A stretch of DNA of 32,000 nt from Gemmata obscuriglobus (GTDB lineage: Bacteria; Planctomycetota; Planctomycetia; Gemmatales; Gemmataceae), in contig NZ_CP042911.1 in the NCBI RefSeq assembly GCF_008065095.1, positions 1,500,001 to 1,532,000 of the forward strand, read 5' to 3'. The stretch's first letter is position 1, and each line of letters begins with the position of its first letter. Positions 27,797-32,000 of this stretch are shown one piece after another. The notes beneath the pieces are model-generated. The model made no database searches. It was given only the letters and a program-made list of their open reading frames with translations, and had not been told where the DNA came from. Both the position numbers and the translations under genes were made by a program.

Positions 27797-29259
27797 ACCC
27801 CATCGATGTCGCACTCGCCGCCCGCGCTTTTGCGGCCCGCCGGGGAGTACCCAGCGCCACCGTTCGGCACCGCCGGCTGAGCGCGAAGCCGCTGGCGGTC
27901 GTCGCCTGGCAGCTCGGGGGCGAGCCGTTTTCGGTCGCCGCCCTCGGCTGGGGCGACCGCGCGAACCAGCTCCATACGACCGTCCCCGGCGAGTCGCGGA
28001 ACCGCACGCTGCTGTTCGCCGCGCTGCTACCGTTCGCGCACTGGTTCAACGCACGCTTCGACGCGCCGGCCCTTGATCGGGAAACGATCACCCGCGGCGA
28101 GCACCGGTTCACGATCGCCCGCACCGCCCCCCAGGTGATGGTCCCGAACCGCGCGACGGTCGAACTGCTCGGCCGCCTGGGGCGCCGGCTGGCGTACCTG
28201 CCGACCGAGGGGCCGAACGCCGCCGATCCGGCGCTCGTGCGCCTCGGGCGCCACCTGCGGTTCCTCTGGGACCACGCCTCGTTCCCGGGGCCGCAACTGC
28301 TGGTCGCACTGACCGACCTGATGAACGCGCACTGGATGACGCCCCAATCCGGCAGCGAGCGCCAGTCCCTCCCGGCGCTGGAGGCGTTCATCGACCCGCC
28401 GCCGGGGCTGGACGGGTTCGCGGCGGCCGAACGGGCCGAGTTCTGCCCGGTCGGCCCGGCGCCGGACGGGGGCGATGACGACCGGCTCATACCGCTCGTC
28501 GAACGGTTCAACGCGGCCCGCGGTCGGAGCACCGACCCGGCGGTGGTCGGTCCGCTGCGGGCACCGATCGAAGATCACTACCGTCCGCTGCTGGGCCGAT
28601 CGTGGGGGCTGTTGTGGCGCTGTCGCGACCGGGAGCTGTCGCGCCCCGAAGCCCCCTCGGTGGGCCGCCGGTGGGACGCCGACCGGCAGGACTACACCCG
28701 ACATATGGATTGGCTGAACCAGAACGGCCTGCGGCGCACGCGCCAGACCCCGCGCCAGGCCGCAACGGCGTTCCGCAACACCGAAGAGGCCGGGCGCCTG
28801 CTCGAGGCCGAAGAGGCGTGCGACGATCCGCTGAAGATGGCCGCGTACGTACTGGCCGGCAAAGCCGTTCGCGGTCGGGTGGTGGCGCTCGACCCGAACC
28901 ACAAGGAGCCCGGCCCCAAGCGCACGGTTCGCCGCCCACTGGTCACGGTGCGGTCGCCGGAGCCGTGCCGGATCCCGATCGGCCGGGAGCTGTGGTGGAC
29001 CGGCCACGCCGACGGAACCGAGTACGTGGTCGAAGACGTCGTGCCCGCGCCGGGCGGCGGGTCCGATGTGGTGCTGAAGCTCACGACCTCGACGGCGACC
29101 AACCCGCTGCCGTCGGTCGGCGCGACCGTCTGCTTTTCGGTCCACTCGACGAAGCCGAGATGGCTCGGGCAGTTACCCGATACGCACCCCTGGACGCACG
29201 TCCCGCCGGCCCCGGCCGCGCCGCCGTCACCGCTGGAATTCCTTACCCCGGAGGCTTGA
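27793..29259 (+). CDS. Hypothetical protein, 488 aa, no recognisable motif
   Basis: The ATG overlaps the stop of the upstream nuclease gene (ATGA at 27793-27796), and GGAGGA lies 4 nt upstream. Third-position GC is high throughout. The listed ORF start at 27610 is an upstream over-extension. Confidence 0.7.
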   Translation: MNPIDVALAARAFAARRGVPSATVRHRRLSAKPLAVVAWQLGGEPFSVAALGWGDRANQLHTTVPGESRNRTLLFAALLPFAHWFNARFDAPALDRETITRGEHRFTIARTAPQVMVPNRATVELLGRLGRRLAYLPTEGPNAADPALVRLGRHLRFLWDHASFPGPQLLVALTDLMNAHWMTPQSGSERQSLPALEAFIDPPPGLDGFAAAERAEFCPVGPAPDGGDDDRLIPLVERFNAARGRSTDPAVVGPLRAPIEDHYRPLLGRSWGLLWRCRDRELSRPEAPSVGRRWDADRQDYTRHMDWLNQNGLRRTRQTPRQAATAFRNTEEAGRLLEAEEACDDPLKMAAYVLAGKAVRGRVVALDPNHKEPGPKRTVRRPLVTVRSPEPCRIPIGRELWWTGHADGTEYVVEDVVPAPGGGSDVVLKLTTSTATNPLPSVGATVCFSVHSTKPRWLGQLPDTHPWTHVPPAPAAPPSPLEFLTPEA

Positions 29260-29262
29260 GAG

Positions 29263-30633
29263 ATGGCGACCGCCGCGCCCCTGTTCGATACTTCTGTGGT
29301 CGCCGCCGCCGAGGCGACCGTGACTGCTGCGATCGGCGCCGCGCTGAACGGTCGCGGTGCCCACCGCGCGGTCGTCGTGCCCGCTCCGGCCGGTGCGGGA
29401 AAGAGCCACCTGACCGTCACGGCGGTGAACGAAGCCCGACAGCAAGGGCTGCGGGTGGTGGTCGCGGCCCCGACCAACGAGCAGGCGTTCGGGCTGGTGG
29501 GCGCGATCGCGGCGCGGCACTGCGCGGGCCACCCGGACCGGGCCGTAACGTTCGTTCCCGCCAGCGACGTCACGCTCCCGCCACGGGTGTCGGCCCTGGC
29601 TGGCGTGCGTGTGGCGAAAGCCAAGGACGCCAGCGGGCACGAGCTGATCGTGGGAACGCTCAGCAAGCTGGGCGACGCGTTCGCCCGCGGCGACCTGGAG
29701 CCGTTCGACCTGCTGCTGGTGGACGAGGCGTACCAGGCCGATTCGGCGAAGTACTTCGCGGTCGGCGATCTCGCTCCGGTCCACCTGCTCGTGGGCGACG
29801 CGGGCCAGATCAACCCGTTCGCCACGGTCGCGGGCCCGGGCCGGTGGCGCGGGCTCCCCGAAGACCCACTCCAGACGGCCGTGGGGGTTCTGTTGCGCAA
29901 CCATCCGCACACGCCGGTATATCGGCTACCGATCACCCGGAGGCTCGACCCGCGAGCGGCGTCGGTGGCGCGGCTGTTCTACCCCGATTTGGCGTTTAAT
30001 GCTGCGGTGCTCCCCGGTGTGCGCGAACTGCGGCTGACACGGGGCGGCGCATCGCACCGACTCGACGCGGCCCTCGACACCGCTGCGCGAGACGGATGGG
30101 CGCACGTGGAGCTACCGCGCGGGGCGGTGCTTCAGGCGGACCCGGAAGCCGTCACCCTGATTGCGGACCTTGTGGAGCGCCTGTTCGAGCGCGGCCCGCG
30201 GACCCGGTGCGAACGGCAGACGGTTCTAAGTGCCCTCGCGCCGAAGCAGGTTGCGGTCGGGGTCAGTCACAACGACCAGAAGGACCACCTGCGCGCCGCG
30301 CTGGACGCACGCGGGCTCTCCGCGGTGACCGTCGAGACCGCGAACAAGTTGCAAGGGCTGGAGTTCGAGGTCACGTTCGTCTGGCACCCACTGTCCGGGT
30401 TACCCGAGGCGGACGAGTTCCACCTGGACCCGGGGCGGATGTGCGTGCTGCTGACCCGGCACCGGCACGCGTGCGTGGTGGTCGGCCGGGCGGGCGACCG
30501 CGAGCTGGTGGACGATTGCCCGCCGCCCCCGACCGCCGCGTACCTGGGGCACGACCCGGACCCGGTCCTCGACGGCTGGGAGGTTCACCGCGAGGTGTTC
30601 GCGGCGCTCGAGCCGTGGCGTGTGAGTGCATAG
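29263..30633 (+). CDS. SF1 helicase-like ATPase (RecD/Dda-like, AAA_30 + UvrD_C_2-type), 456 aa
   Basis: Walker A APAGAGKS, Walker B FDLLLVDEAYQ, motif III LLVGDAGQINPF, motif V TANKLQGLEFEVTFV, motif VI MCVLLTRHRHACVVVG. The ATG lies 3 nt after the upstream stop, and GGAGG is 8 nt upstream. Confidence 0.8.
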   Translation: MATAAPLFDTSVVAAAEATVTAAIGAALNGRGAHRAVVVPAPAGAGKSHLTVTAVNEARQQGLRVVVAAPTNEQAFGLVGAIAARHCAGHPDRAVTFVPASDVTLPPRVSALAGVRVAKAKDASGHELIVGTLSKLGDAFARGDLEPFDLLLVDEAYQADSAKYFAVGDLAPVHLLVGDAGQINPFATVAGPGRWRGLPEDPLQTAVGVLLRNHPHTPVYRLPITRRLDPRAASVARLFYPDLAFNAAVLPGVRELRLTRGGASHRLDAALDTAARDGWAHVELPRGAVLQADPEAVTLIADLVERLFERGPRTRCERQTVLSALAPKQVAVGVSHNDQKDHLRAALDARGLSAVTVETANKLQGLEFEVTFVWHPLSGLPEADEFHLDPGRMCVLLTRHRHACVVVGRAGDRELVDDCPPPPTAAYLGHDPDPVLDGWEVHREVFAALEPWRVSA

Positions 30634-30901
30634 CGCCCGGTACGGGTCGCCTGGTCCGAACGGAGTACGCGTGATGCTTCTGTCACAGCAGATGCTGTAA
30701 AACTAAAACTGGGAAGTATGTAATGCCTATTCGCCGCTGTCCGTCAGATACTGTGACGGCCGGCAGCAGGGCCAACGAAACTAGCCGCCACAAAGGCGGT
30801 CTAGCGGCGTCCGGTTCTGACCGCCTGCAGCGTCTCGCTTAGTCGAGGCCTTATTCGCAACGTGGCGGTGGCATGAAAGAAGACGAAACACAACGGGGGG
30901 A

Positions 30902-31708
30902 GTGACCCGCGCGCGTCCGGCGTCCGCGGAAGCTCGAGCCGCCCGAAGTCCCGGCGAGAGGAGCCACGCGAGCGCCATGCCCCACCCGATTGCCCCACAA
31001 CCACTGCCGGACGACCATGACGGTTGGGCCGAATTGGCAGCCGACGCAAGAGCCCCAGAGAAGAACCGGCGCGGGGCATTCGAGCGGCTCACCACATGCA
31101 TCGAAGGCGTCGCGCGCCGGGTGTCGGTCCGATTCGCAGGGCGGCGAGAGGACTTCTGTGCCGGGGTGTTGGGGGACGTCTGGGAGGTCATCGGCCGCTT
31201 CCCTGCGGGCGCCAACTTCGAGGCCTGGTGTTATATCGTGCTCCACAACCGTTGGACCGACTTGACGCGGTGGGAACAGTGCCGGGAGAGCCAGAGTTTA
31301 CTCGGACATCCGGAGCCGTCCGCCCCGGACATCCGCGCCGCGTTGGAGCGGGGACTCGATTCCGCGGCGATCTTCGGCGACGACGACCTCCGCGAGATCC
31401 GCGCATGGCCGCTGCGGGACCGCGTCGTCCTGCTCTGCCTCGCGTCCCTTTGGAGGAAAGTCCCTGACGACGAGTGGCAAGGCTGGGTGCGCGACCACCG
31501 CGCCGCCCACGGCACGCCGGCGTCTGACCCGTTCCCACCCGACTCCCTCGACCGGGGTAACGGAATCGCGGACCAGAATGCGCTGTTGGCCCGGGAACTC
31601 GACCTGCGGCGCAACACTCTTTCTGTGATCCTTCACCGCGGCAAGGTCCGTCTTGGGGTGCTCCGCTACGTGCGAGACCTGATGGGACCGGACGGGGGGC
31701 GACCGTGA
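30902..31708 (+). CDS. Atypical sigma-70/ECF-like protein (weak call)
   Basis: Region 2-like FEAWCYIVLHNRWTDLTRWEQ and region 4-like WPLRDRVVLLCL ... LARELDLRRNTLSVILHRGKVRL are separated by a ~50-aa insertion. Codon third positions are GC-rich. The start is either GTG 30902 or ATG 30977. Confidence 0.45.
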   Translation: MTRARPASAEARAARSPGERSHASAMPHPIAPQPLPDDHDGWAELAADARAPEKNRRGAFERLTTCIEGVARRVSVRFAGRREDFCAGVLGDVWEVIGRFPAGANFEAWCYIVLHNRWTDLTRWEQCRESQSLLGHPEPSAPDIRAALERGLDSAAIFGDDDLREIRAWPLRDRVVLLCLASLWRKVPDDEWQGWVRDHRAAHGTPASDPFPPDSLDRGNGIADQNALLARELDLRRNTLSVILHRGKVRLGVLRYVRDLMGPDGGRP

Positions 31709-32000
31709 CAACGTGGACCAACGTACCCGACCCGCGCGACGACGCGGCCCCCTGCGCCGGCCCGTGCGCGGTGCAGGTCGAGGAGCACCGGTGGCGGCAC
31801 ATAACTGAGGAGCACGTGTCGAACGTGCGGGAGCCGTGGGACGAATGGCTTACCCCGGCGTTGGCGGATGGGCTCCGCGCGGCGTGGGCACCGGGTTCGA
31901 CCGAGGAGGGGCGGCGGGCGTGCATCGCCCGGGTGGCAGAAATGGTCGAGCGGGATTTGCGGCGGTGCCTCACCGCGCCACTCGCAGTCCTCTACGACGA
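31705..32000 (+). CDS. Hypothetical protein, 5' part only (runs off the window)
   Basis: The GTG at 31705 overlaps the upstream stop (GTGA). The frame is open to the window end and reads VTTWTNVPDPRDDAAPCAGPCAVQVEEHRWRHITEEHVSNVREPWDEWL... I recognise no family. Confidence 0.3.
   Translation, partial: MTTWTNVPDPRDDAAPCAGPCAVQVEEHRWRHITEEHVSNVREPWDEWLTPALADGLRAAWAPGSTEEGRRACIARVAEMVERDLRRCLTAPLAVLYD

Noticed and set aside
1-32000. CRISPR arrays, rRNA genes or long tandem DNA repeats
   Set aside because: I saw no regularly spaced direct repeats of 25-40 nt and no rRNA-like conserved stretches on either strand. The periodic GKPVAG signal lies at the protein-domain level inside the sigma-fusion genes.

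Overview
High-GC (roughly two-thirds G+C by eye) bacterial chromosomal segment. The gene content (a DUF1800/DUF1501 pair, ECF-sigma fusions carrying carboxypeptidase-regulatory-like repeats) suggests Planctomycetota, Gemmata-like; this is an inference. Layout: (1) 1-3200: the tail of an S8 peptidase gene, a 5'-truncated and frameshifted hsdM remnant, and an ISH3/IS4-like IS with ~24-bp inverted repeats sitting at the hsdM stop codon. (2) 3204-15153: four tandem, co-linear paralogs of ~935-965 aa. Each has an N-terminal ECF sigma-70 domain, hydrophobic segments and six CarboxypepD_reg-like modules. The last paralog abuts a DUF1800/DUF1501 pair (15157-17717). (3) ~17.7-18.96 kb: a degenerate IS1-like element. 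(4) 20.16-26.75 kb: a broken type I R-M locus, with hsdM carrying a foreign 3' tail, no hsdS, hsdR lacking its nuclease domain, and a YgjP-like HExxH peptidase. It is split by a low-GC cassette carrying an antisense DUF262/DUF1524 (GmrSD-like) gene. (5) 26.77-30.63 kb: a tightly coupled three-gene operon encoding a Cas4/RecB-like 4-Cys PD-(D/E)xK nuclease, a 489-aa orphan protein and a RecD/Dda-like SF1 helicase. I cannot assign it to any named defence system and consider it the best candidate for a novel system. (6) 30.9-32 kb: an atypical sigma-like gene plus a coupled partial ORF. I saw no rRNA, complete tRNA or CRISPR array. All family calls rest on motif recognition by eye; no database search was run.
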